IMG/VR virus record: IMGVR_UViG_3300018428_005148 | Coordinates: 36,651 to 100,650 of that record | Direction: 5' to 3' (one strand) | Length of the DNA stretch: 64,000 nt | Source: a virus | Shown: piece after piece, positions 56,207 through 64,000 of the stretch | How positions within the stretch are numbered: the stretch's first letter is position 1 | How the letters are laid out: each line of letters starts with the position of its first letter | The notes under the pieces: generated by a model | What the model saw: the letters and a program-made list of their open reading frames with translations, nothing else | What the model was told of the DNA's origin: nothing | The model's database searches: none | Translations under genes and position numbers: made by a program

Positions 56207-58345
56207 ATGGCAGAATACACAGAAGAAGAGTTGAAAAAATTAGGTGACACGGTAAGGAATCTCTCCAAGGAGATCCAGAAACAGGCAAGGGCGCAAAAGG
56301 CCAGCGCAGACCAGGAGGCGAGGATTGCCCGTGACAAGATCAGAGACGCACGACAAGAAATCGCCACAAACGTAAAAAACAAAAAACTCCGACAAGAACT
56401 AAACAACGCACTCGAGGATCAAGTAGATGAATACGAAGACCTCAAAAAAGCACAGAACAAACAACTGGAACAGTTGGGTAAACTGGGCGACAGTTTCATG
56501 GGACTGGGCAAGGCGGCGTTCGAAGGATCGGGATCTATCAGTGCGTTCACTGACAACATCAAGGGCCTGGGATTCCTGGGACGTAGGCTGGACACCAACG
56601 TTGAGACATTCAGACAACTTTCACAGACGGGAGCCAACTTTGGTCAGAGCATAGTGGAGTTGAGGACCGCGGCGGCATCTGCGGCCTTACCATTGGACGA
56701 CTTTGCGTCCTTGGTGGCAAATAATTCATCTAACCTAGCGGCGCTGTTCGGCTCAACCACGGAAGGTGCCAAGAGGATAGCGGAACTGGGCAGGATCACC
56801 AGAGAGGTGGGAATAGAAAGACTGGCGCCACTGGGGTTCACTGTTGATGAACTCAACGAGACACTGCTTTTGAACCTAGACTCGCAGAGAAGGACAGGAA
56901 TACTGAACCTACTCACAGACTCCCAACGTAGAGACAGTGCAATCAGTTTCGCAGAGCAATTGGACAGATTGGCAAAACTAACAGGTCAGCAAAGAGACGA
57001 ACTGCGACAACAGATAGAACAACAGCGTGCCAATGAAAGATTCCAAGCCGCACTCCAGGGACAGACAGATGCAACACGTCAAAGACTTCAGGCATTCGCG
57101 GGAACGGTGGCAGGTATCAGTCCAGAATTGGCCGAAGGCTTCCAGGACCTTATAGCCAACGCAGGTGTTCCGGTTACAGAATCCGCACTGGCGTTAGTTC
57201 AAAACATTCCTGGTGCACAACAAGTGATAAGAGATCTGATAAGCGGAGTAACAACCAGTGAGGAGGCTCTGGTGAGGATCAGAGACATCTCGGCAGGTAG
57301 CATAGATAGATTTAGACAGGCCACTGTGACTGGACAGGTCGAATTCTTGAGGCTTCAAGGTGGAATAATAGAACTAGGGAGAAGGGTAACCGACGCAGGT
57401 GCAGTACTGGACGAGCAGAACAGGTCAGCGACCAGCCTCGTAAGGAACCTTACCACTTTCGAGGATGCCACAAAAGTTTTATCAAGTCAGTTCCAAGGCA
57501 TAGAAACTGCCTTACTGAAATCGTTTGGTCCGGCACTCGGAGGCCTCGTGGGAACACTTAAGACAACATTGGGCGCAGGAGGTGCCATTGCAACGGCACT
57601 GGCACAAATGCCCGTGGTGTCCGCAGGACTGCTCATAGCAGGGCTAGGTGGCAAGTTCCTGTTCAGCAAGGCATTACAAATAGGAATAATAGCCAAGGGT
57701 ACGGAACTAGGGTTCAGGATGGCACAAACCGGGGGCGGCCTGATCCAGACGCTGACCGGTGGCAAGGACAAAGGAGCACGTGCCGGTGGTGGCATTAGGT
57801 CGGCACTCAACAGCAACGTCGGACGAGGACTGGGAGCGGCCGGTGTGGCGCTTACAGGACTATCAGTGGGCAATCAACTGCTGAACAAGGACAAAGACGA
57901 CAATGCCTCTGGCTTGGGTGGCCTCATAGGGATGGGTCTGGGCGGAATCGCTGGGTTCATGTTGGGCGGACCGGGCGGCGCACTACTTGGAGCATCTCTG
58001 GGAGGAAGCCTAGGACAGGGTGCTGGCGCATTGTTTGGTGGCGGAAAACAGTTTGGTGGCGGAATGGACACGGGAAAAACTTACCTTGTAGGTGAGCGAG
58101 GACCGGAAATGGTAACCGCTGGAACCAAAAGCACCGTAGTTGCTAACCAGGATCTAAAGAACACATTCAACACAGAAGCACTGGAAAACAAGATGGCCAC
58201 CATGACCACAGAACTAAACAACGCCAACAAGGCGTTAGCGAATATGGTCAATGGCGTAAATACGCTTGTTGCAGTAGAATCTCGGGCATTAAAAGCCGTT
58301 GAAACCACAGCACGGAAAGATCGTAATCAAGTAGGCCTAGTTTAG
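56207..58345 (+). CDS. Tape measure protein-like
   Basis: Helical A/L/Q-rich sequence, glycine-zipper hydrophobic segments, YLVGERGPE motif; divergent from the gp26-like gene. Confidence 0.72.
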   Translation: MAEYTEEELKKLGDTVRNLSKEIQKQARAQKASADQEARIARDKIRDARQEIATNVKNKKLRQELNNALEDQVDEYEDLKKAQNKQLEQLGKLGDSFMGLGKAAFEGSGSISAFTDNIKGLGFLGRRLDTNVETFRQLSQTGANFGQSIVELRTAAASAALPLDDFASLVANNSSNLAALFGSTTEGAKRIAELGRITREVGIERLAPLGFTVDELNETLLLNLDSQRRTGILNLLTDSQRRDSAISFAEQLDRLAKLTGQQRDELRQQIEQQRANERFQAALQGQTDATRQRLQAFAGTVAGISPELAEGFQDLIANAGVPVTESALALVQNIPGAQQVIRDLISGVTTSEEALVRIRDISAGSIDRFRQATVTGQVEFLRLQGGIIELGRRVTDAGAVLDEQNRSATSLVRNLTTFEDATKVLSSQFQGIETALLKSFGPALGGLVGTLKTTLGAGGAIATALAQMPVVSAGLLIAGLGGKFLFSKALQIGIIAKGTELGFRMAQTGGGLIQTLTGGKDKGARAGGGIRSALNSNVGRGLGAAGVALTGLSVGNQLLNKDKDDNASGLGGLIGMGLGGIAGFMLGGPGGALLGASLGGSLGQGAGALFGGGKQFGGGMDTGKTYLVGERGPEMVTAGTKSTVVANQDLKNTFNTEALENKMATMTTELNNANKALANMVNGVNTLVAVESRALKAVETTARKDRNQVGLV

Positions 58346-58380
58346 GTTGCTAAAATGAGGAAAAGATTGTAATATAAAGT

Positions 58381-60126
58381 ATGGCTTGGAAAAAATACTT
58401 CAAAGACGCTAACATGTCTCCAATATCTGGAGAGAAAGTGCCAAATTTCGCAAAGAGGAACTACAGTTCTTACCTGCCGGACGTGTACACAGGACACCCC
58501 AACAGGATACAGAGATACTTCCAGTATGACCAGATGGATTCAGACTCGGAAATCAACGCCGCTTTAGATATACTCGCAGAATTCTCAACACAGAAGAACA
58601 CAGAGAACGAGACACCGTTTGATATTGTGTTCAAGGACGAGACCACAGAGCACGAAGTTAAACTTTTGAAGAAGGCACTGCAACAGTGGACGAAGTCGAA
58701 CAAGTTCAACAAGAGGATCTTCAGGATATTCAGGAACGCACTGAAATACGGAGACTGTTTCTTCGTTAGAGATCCAGAGACCATGAAATGGCTTTACGTT
58801 GACAACGCAAAAGTTGACAGGATCGTAGTAAACGAATCCGAAGGCAAGAAGCCAGAGCAGTATGTGATCAGAGACATCAATCCAAACCTACAGAGACTAT
58901 CCGCGACACAGATAACACCAAACCAAACGTACGGTGGAGGTGGAACAACAGGTGGCGGTACTGCGGCATATGGATCAAGTTATGCAAACGCCGGTGCTAC
59001 AAATAATATGTCAGGCTTTGCAGGTGGAATGTCGGGTGGAAGATTTTACAGGACCATGAATGCCTACAACATAAACGCGGAACATGTGATACACATGAGT
59101 ATGTCAGACGGTTTAGACAACCTTTTCCCATTTGGACAATCGGTTCTAGAACAGGTATTCAAAGTTTACAAACAGAAAGAATTATTAGAGGACGCGATCA
59201 TAATTTACAGGGTGCAGAGGGCACCTGAAAGAAGGGTTTTCTACATCGACGTGGGTAACATGCCAACACACTTGGCGATGCAGTTCGTTGAGAGAGTGAA
59301 GAACGAGATCAACCAAAGAAGGATTCCAAGTGCGTCAGGTGGTGCCAACTTCATAGACGCTACATACAACCCAATGTCGATCAACGAAGATTACTTCTTC
59401 CCACAGACAGCAGAGGGTAGAGGATCTAAAGTTGACACACTTCCAGGTGGTACAAACCTAGGTGAGATCGATGATCTAAGATATTTCACAAACAAACTGT
59501 TTAGAGGACTGAGAATTCCAAGTTCATATCTGCCAACTGGAGCAGAAGACGGACAGCAACAGTACAATGACGGCAGGGTGGGTACTGCTTACATACAAGA
59601 ATTGAGATTCAACAAGTATTGTGCTAGATTGCAATCGATGTTGGCGGGAACATTTGACGAAGAATTCAAATTATGGATCAAATCCAAAGGTTATAACATT
59701 GACAACGGAATGTTTGAACTGAAATTGAACCCACCACAGAACTTCGCACAGTACAGACAGACGGAAATGGACCAAGCAAGGGTAAACACATTCACGGCAG
59801 TGGCAGAACTGCCTTACATGAGTAAGAGATTTGCATTAAAAAGATATCTCGGTCTCACAGAAGAGGAGATGGCTAGGAATTCTGAACTTTGGGCAGAAGA
59901 AAACAATGTTCCACAACGAAAACAGACCAAATCAAATCAACTCCGAAGTGCCGGCGTGACACAATCCGGCATTTCAAGTGACCTAGACCAGTTCGAGGAA
60001 CCAACAGCGGACGCTGAAGCACCAGGACCAGACTCACCACAGCCAGGACAACCGGGTCAAACACCGGGAGGACAGGGCGGCGGAGGCACGACCCCAGGTG
60101 GCACAGGCGGCGGTGGACAGGTATAA
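58381..60126 (+). CDS. gp20: Portal protein
   Basis: LLEDAIIIYRVQRAPERRVFYIDVGNMP, EDYFFP, GRGSKVDTLPGG.NLGEIDD. Confidence 0.95.
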   Translation: MAWKKYFKDANMSPISGEKVPNFAKRNYSSYLPDVYTGHPNRIQRYFQYDQMDSDSEINAALDILAEFSTQKNTENETPFDIVFKDETTEHEVKLLKKALQQWTKSNKFNKRIFRIFRNALKYGDCFFVRDPETMKWLYVDNAKVDRIVVNESEGKKPEQYVIRDINPNLQRLSATQITPNQTYGGGGTTGGGTAAYGSSYANAGATNNMSGFAGGMSGGRFYRTMNAYNINAEHVIHMSMSDGLDNLFPFGQSVLEQVFKVYKQKELLEDAIIIYRVQRAPERRVFYIDVGNMPTHLAMQFVERVKNEINQRRIPSASGGANFIDATYNPMSINEDYFFPQTAEGRGSKVDTLPGGTNLGEIDDLRYFTNKLFRGLRIPSSYLPTGAEDGQQQYNDGRVGTAYIQELRFNKYCARLQSMLAGTFDEEFKLWIKSKGYNIDNGMFELKLNPPQNFAQYRQTEMDQARVNTFTAVAELPYMSKRFALKRYLGLTEEEMARNSELWAEENNVPQRKQTKSNQLRSAGVTQSGISSDLDQFEEPTADAEAPGPDSPQPGQPGQTPGGQGGGGTTPGGTGGGGQV

Positions 60127-60143
60127 AGGGTTAAATACGCAAA

Positions 60144-60386
60144 ATGAAACTATTTGAATTCTTCACATACGGCGCAGACGGGTTTGAACAGGACAAAACC
60201 TACCAACCTGAGAACGACATTTCTGTTCTCGACGACGAGGACACAAGGAAAACAAGACTCACACTCAAAGACATCAATTCAATGAGGTTGGCGTCAGAGG
60301 CGCACGACGAACAACAGAAGGAAGAGGCCGTATTCGTCCAAAAGATGTACGGCACACCAGCACAAGACGATAACTTAGAGTTATAA
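60144..60386 (+). CDS. Hypothetical protein downstream of portal
   Basis: DTRKTRLTL, QKMYG; preceded by TAAATA. Confidence 0.7.
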   Translation: MKLFEFFTYGADGFEQDKTYQPENDISVLDDEDTRKTRLTLKDINSMRLASEAHDEQQKEEAVFVQKMYGTPAQDDNLEL

Positions 60387-61006
60387 TGTCCAACACAGCA
60401 TTTGTATTAGGTAACGGAGAATCCCGAAGGGGCATAGACATAGATGATCTCAAACAGCAAGGCAAGGTGTTTGCCTGCAACGCTGTGTACAGGACACATC
60501 GACCTGACTTCCTGGTTGCTGTTGATCCCAAGATGATCATGGAAATAGCCGAAGGTGATTACATGATCAACAACAAGGTCTATTCGAATTTCAATGCACA
60601 GTACAACAAAAATCAAAAAATACTCGATCATTGCAACTGGTTCAAACCAAGTCTCGGCTGGAGTTCGGGCCCGACTGCCCTAAGACTAGCCCTAGACCTA
60701 GGATTCAAGGACATCTACATACTGGGTTTTGACTACCAAGGACACAAAGTAGGAAGTGGCTTCAAATTGAACAACATGTTTGGGGACACCAGGAATTACA
60801 AAAGAAAAAAAGACGAAGCAACTTTCTATGGCAACTGGATGAACCAAACAAAGCGATGCCTACAGGATTTTCCTGATGCCAAATTCCATAGAGTCATACC
60901 AAAGGGCTGGTTCCAACCAAAAGATCTCGAGTGGAATGGCAACATTGATCACATGACCACCGAAGAATTCCTATCAAAGTTCAATTTACAACCGAAATTA
61001 GGTTAA
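60386..61006 (+). CDS. DUF115/Maf/MptE-like (GT29-like Rossmann) protein
   Basis: VLGNGESR, ACNAVYR, PDFLVAVD, SSGPTAL..A...G...IYILGFD. Confidence 0.6.
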   Translation: MSNTAFVLGNGESRRGIDIDDLKQQGKVFACNAVYRTHRPDFLVAVDPKMIMEIAEGDYMINNKVYSNFNAQYNKNQKILDHCNWFKPSLGWSSGPTALRLALDLGFKDIYILGFDYQGHKVGSGFKLNNMFGDTRNYKRKKDEATFYGNWMNQTKRCLQDFPDAKFHRVIPKGWFQPKDLEWNGNIDHMTTEEFLSKFNLQPKLG

Positions 61007-61010
61007 AAAA

Positions 61011-61043
61011 GCACATTTTTTGCCAGTTAATGTGCCCTTTTTT
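61011..61043 (+). terminator. Putative intrinsic terminator
   Basis: GCACATT/AATGTGC stem followed by a T-run; a TAAATA late promoter follows at 61055-61060. Confidence 0.45.
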
Positions 61044-61104
61044 GCGCCTTTTTGTAAATACAATACACTTATAAGTACAAATCGACAATAAAGGAGCACG
61101 TGTA

Positions 61105-62034
61105 ATGTCAAATAATAAATTTGAGAGTTTATTAGAATTACTGATAAACGAAGAAAACGACAAAGCAGAAGCACTATTCCACGAAATCGTAGTAGAAAAA
61201 TCTAGAGAAATCTACGAGAACCTAGCGGATGAGGAAGTGACTGCTGAGGCTAAAGAAGAGTCTAAAGAAGAAGTTAAAGAGACGGAAGCATCTGAGGAAG
61301 AGAAAGTAGAAGAAACTACAGAAGAAGCAAAAGATGAGAAAGTTGAAGAGACTTCTGAAGAATCTAAAGACGAGCAAGTAGATGAAGTTGTTGAATTAGA
61401 AGACGAAGCAACAGAATCTGAAACAACTGAAGAAGAATCAATCGAAGAAGTAGGCGGTGACGCAACTGACGAATTGGTTAAAGACATATCAGCCGAAGAA
61501 GAAGGCGAGATGGATGCAGACAAAGGCGAAGAAATGCCAGCAGACATGGACGCTGACAAGGGCGAAGAAGATATGGAAGACAGAGTTGTTGACTTGGAAG
61601 ACGCTTTAGACGAATTAAAAGCAGAATTCGAAGCAATGATGAGCAAGAAAGACGACGGCGAAGAAGAAAAAGAAGAGGCCGTTGAAATGCCAGCTCAAGA
61701 AACTCCAGAAATGCCAGTGGAAAGCAAAGAAGCAGACACAAAGGAAACTGTAAAAGAATACAAGATCCAAAAATCTGCGAACAACACTGACGGATCTGAC
61801 AAGTCTGCAAAATCACCAGTAGCAGATGCAGGAACTAAAATGGGCCAAGGTGGTGCAAACATCGCCAAAGGCGGAGCAGAAGACAAAGGAAGACCGGCTC
61901 CAACTGCACAAAAAATGGGTGAGTTCGAAAACAGTCCAGGAAAAGACAAATCTTCTTCAATGAAGAAAGAAGTTAAACCTGCAACTGCTGACGGATCAGA
62001 CAAATCAGCAAAATCACCAGTTGCTTCTAAGTAA
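61105..62034 (+). CDS. Acidic prohead core protein
   Basis: Extremely E/D-rich; LFHEIVVEKSR; upstream of the protease. Confidence 0.7.
   Translation: MSNNKFESLLELLINEENDKAEALFHEIVVEKSREIYENLADEEVTAEAKEESKEEVKETEASEEEKVEETTEEAKDEKVEETSEESKDEQVDEVVELEDEATESETTEEESIEEVGGDATDELVKDISAEEEGEMDADKGEEMPADMDADKGEEDMEDRVVDLEDALDELKAEFEAMMSKKDDGEEEKEEAVEMPAQETPEMPVESKEADTKETVKEYKIQKSANNTDGSDKSAKSPVADAGTKMGQGGANIAKGGAEDKGRPAPTAQKMGEFENSPGKDKSSSMKKEVKPATADGSDKSAKSPVASK
61789..62025 (+). repeat. Two 36-bp imperfect direct repeats encoding DGSDKSAKSPVA
   Basis: 61789-61824 and 61990-62025, with synonymous differences only. Confidence 0.8.
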
Positions 62035-62057
62035 TTGTTGATTAACGGGAGTTTGGA

Positions 62058-62687
62058 ATGTCATTATACCTAAGGGAGAATCTAACTTTTGATCAGGCCA
62101 GGGTGCAGGTCTTACACGAGGGAAAAGACGGTAAGGATTTGTACATGAAGGGCATCTGTATCCAAGGTGGGATCAAGAACGCTAATCAGAGAGTTTATCC
62201 TGTGTCAGAGATCGCCAAAGCGACAAAGACACTGAACGATCAGATCAGTTCTGGATACTCCGTGTTAGGTGAAGTTGACCATCCAGATGATTTAAAGATT
62301 AATTTGGACCGTGTGTCTCACATGATTACTGAAATGTGGATGGATGGTCCAAATGGATACGGCAAGATGAAGATTTTGCCGACACCAATGGGCTCACTTG
62401 TGAAGACTATGTTGGAATCGGGTGTGAAACTGGGCGTATCGTCAAGAGGAAGTGGTAACATTTCCGAGTACGGCGGTGGCGAAGTTTCAGATTTTGAGAT
62501 CATCACAGTTGACGTGGTAGCCCAACCTTCGGCACCAGGTGCTTATCCAACGCCAATTTACGAACACCTAATGAACACCAAGGGTGGTAACATGGCGAAA
62601 GGTTTGGCGGCCGAAGTTAGAAATGACCCAAAAGCACAAAGGTATCTGAAAGATGCCCTAACAAACATAATAAAGGACCTAAAATAA
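62058..62687 (+). CDS. gp21: Prohead core protease
   Basis: NANQRVY, LGEVDHP, GVSSRGSG, DVVAQPSAPGA. Confidence 0.93.
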   Translation: MSLYLRENLTFDQARVQVLHEGKDGKDLYMKGICIQGGIKNANQRVYPVSEIAKATKTLNDQISSGYSVLGEVDHPDDLKINLDRVSHMITEMWMDGPNGYGKMKILPTPMGSLVKTMLESGVKLGVSSRGSGNISEYGGGEVSDFEIITVDVVAQPSAPGAYPTPIYEHLMNTKGGNMAKGLAAEVRNDPKAQRYLKDALTNIIKDLK

Positions 62688-62688
62688 A

Positions 62689-63756
62689 ATGATCGATGCA
62701 ATATCAAAACTTGTTGAATCAGGAGCCATATCGGAAGACGTTCAAAAGTCTATCCAAGAGGCTTGGGATTCAAAAATCAAGGAAAATAGAGAAAATGTTA
62801 GTGCCGATTTAAGAGAAGAGTTCGCAAAAAGATACGAACATGACAAATCTAACATGATCGAAGCGATTGACAAGATGATGACTGAGAAGTTATCTGAGGA
62901 AATCACGAAGTTCGTGGAAGACAGAAAAGCATTAGCACAAGAAAAAATTGCCTACAAAGAAAACGTAGGCGCTCACTCTGCCAAACTGCAGGAATTCATA
63001 ATGCAGAAGTTGTCAGAGGAGTTGAAAGAACTACACAACGACAGAAAAGGTGTGCATGAAAACTTTAACAAAATGGAAGAGTTCGTAGTAAACGCTCTTG
63101 CAAAAGAAATTAAAGAGTTCCATGAAGACAAAAAAGGCGTTGTGGAGACGAAAGTCAAACTAGTAGCCGAGGCCAAAAAACAAATGGCCAAGATGAAAGA
63201 GGCTTTCATTACAAGATCTGCTAAAGTTGTAGAGTCTGCTGTAAACAAAAAACTTGCTGAAGAGTTGAAAGCTCTTAAAGAAGACATCACAGCGGCTAGA
63301 GAAATCAACTTTGGCAAGAAAATATTCGAGGCGTTTGCTTCTGAGTACCAGAATTCTTACTTAAATGAGAAGTCTGAGACTGCGAAGTTAATGAAAGTAG
63401 TGGATGAAACCACTCTTAAGTTGAAAGACGCTGAGAAGGCCGTCGAAGAGAAACAAGCGGTGATTGAGTCCAAAGACGCGGAAGCGAAAAGACAAGCGGA
63501 CTTGATGGAACGCAAGGAAAAGATGGCTGAGATGCTCAAACCATTGGGCAAAGAAAAGGGTGAAGTTATGAGCCAACTGCTTGAATCAGTTCAAACAGAC
63601 AACTTACAGGCTTCATTCGACAAGTATCTACCACATGTGATGGCTGACAAACCAGTTGAAACTGCCAAACAAGTTATGACAGAAGCAAAAGGTGACAGAG
63701 CACAAAGGGAAGATGCTGACTTAACCAATATCCGTAAATTAGCGGGTATTAATTAA
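62689..63756 (+). CDS. gp22: Prohead scaffolding protein
   Basis: Coiled-coil protein between protease and capsid genes; FGKKIFEAF. Confidence 0.8.
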   Translation: MIDAISKLVESGAISEDVQKSIQEAWDSKIKENRENVSADLREEFAKRYEHDKSNMIEAIDKMMTEKLSEEITKFVEDRKALAQEKIAYKENVGAHSAKLQEFIMQKLSEELKELHNDRKGVHENFNKMEEFVVNALAKEIKEFHEDKKGVVETKVKLVAEAKKQMAKMKEAFITRSAKVVESAVNKKLAEELKALKEDITAAREINFGKKIFEAFASEYQNSYLNEKSETAKLMKVVDETTLKLKDAEKAVEEKQAVIESKDAEAKRQADLMERKEKMAEMLKPLGKEKGEVMSQLLESVQTDNLQASFDKYLPHVMADKPVETAKQVMTEAKGDRAQREDADLTNIRKLAGIN

Positions 63757-63778
63757 CAAACTAAGGGGAAAAGATCAA

Positions 63779-64000
63779 ATGTCAGATATATTTGAATCAA
63801 AATGGGGCGAAACTAAACAGGCCCTAACCGAAGGTTTAACAGGCAACAAGAAAAAAACTATGGATGTCGTGTTAGAAAACACGAAGAGATACTTGGCTGA
63901 GCAGTCAACTGCTGGTGCCACATCTGCAGGTAACGTTGCTACGTTAAACAGGGTTATCCTACCAGTAATCAGAAGGGTTATGCCAACTGTGATCGCTAAC
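63779..64000 (+). CDS. gp23: Major capsid protein, 5' part (truncated by the window)
   Basis: Hand-translated: MSDIFESKWGETKQALTEGL...VLEN...LNRVILPVIRRVMPTVIAN. AAGGGG RBS. Confidence 0.9.
   Translation, partial: MSDIFESKWGETKQALTEGLTGNKKKTMDVVLENTKRYLAEQSTAGATSAGNVATLNRVILPVIRRVMPTVIAN

Noticed and set aside
58930-59040. Gly-rich insertion in the portal as a possible intein or intron
   Set aside because: In frame, short and low complexity, with no splicing motifs; likely a flexible loop.
15568-63576. Numerous antisense or shadow ORFs in the six-frame track (e.g. 40195-40857, 16365-16937, 61212-61646)
   Set aside because: They lie opposite well-supported genes and reflect codon bias of those genes; no motifs or RBS.
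1-64000. Stop-codon reassignment, inteins, CRISPR array, DGR, tRNAs
   Set aside because: Core genes are full length in code 11 and end in TAA, TAG or TGA. gp46, gp47 and gp20 have no intein-sized insertions. No spaced repeats, reverse transcriptase or cloverleaf were seen by eye; tRNAscan was not run.

Overview
64 kb slice of a large T4-like (myovirus-type) dsDNA phage genome, standard genetic code, very gene-dense. (1) ~1-46 kb, minus strand: a long run of same-strand late genes from tail-tube initiator and baseplate (gp48/54-, gp53-, gp27-, gp5-, gp25-, gp6-like and a 4291-aa wedge) through paralogous fibre proteins. It continues directly into a ~15 kb tailoring-enzyme cluster: glycosyltransferase-like proteins, five tandem radical SAM enzymes, an SGNH-like protein, a GNAT-like protein, a carbamoyltransferase, an NDP-sugar epimerase and a DegT aminotransferase. 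(2) 46-50 kb, plus strand: late sigma factor gp55, gp47, gp46. (3) 50-56 kb, accessory island: PLP-fold protein, 2OG-Fe(II) oxygenase, histone H1-like protein, amidinotransferase, GIY-YIG nuclease, a ~440-nt densely structured non-coding region, an ATE/Bpt-like aminoacyl-tRNA-protein transferase, DUF1415, and a gp26/gp51-like pair joined by a probable -1 frameshift. (4) 56-64 kb, plus strand: tape measure, portal, Maf/DUF115-like protein, acidic core protein, protease gp21, scaffold gp22 and the start of gp23. Best candidates for undescribed biology are the structured ncRNA at 53.05-53.49 kb, a phage-encoded virion glycosylation/modification pathway (with a heavily repeated DGST motif in the giant baseplate protein as a candidate acceptor), and the gp26-gp51 frameshift. 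All product calls come from recognising motifs by eye; no database searches were run.
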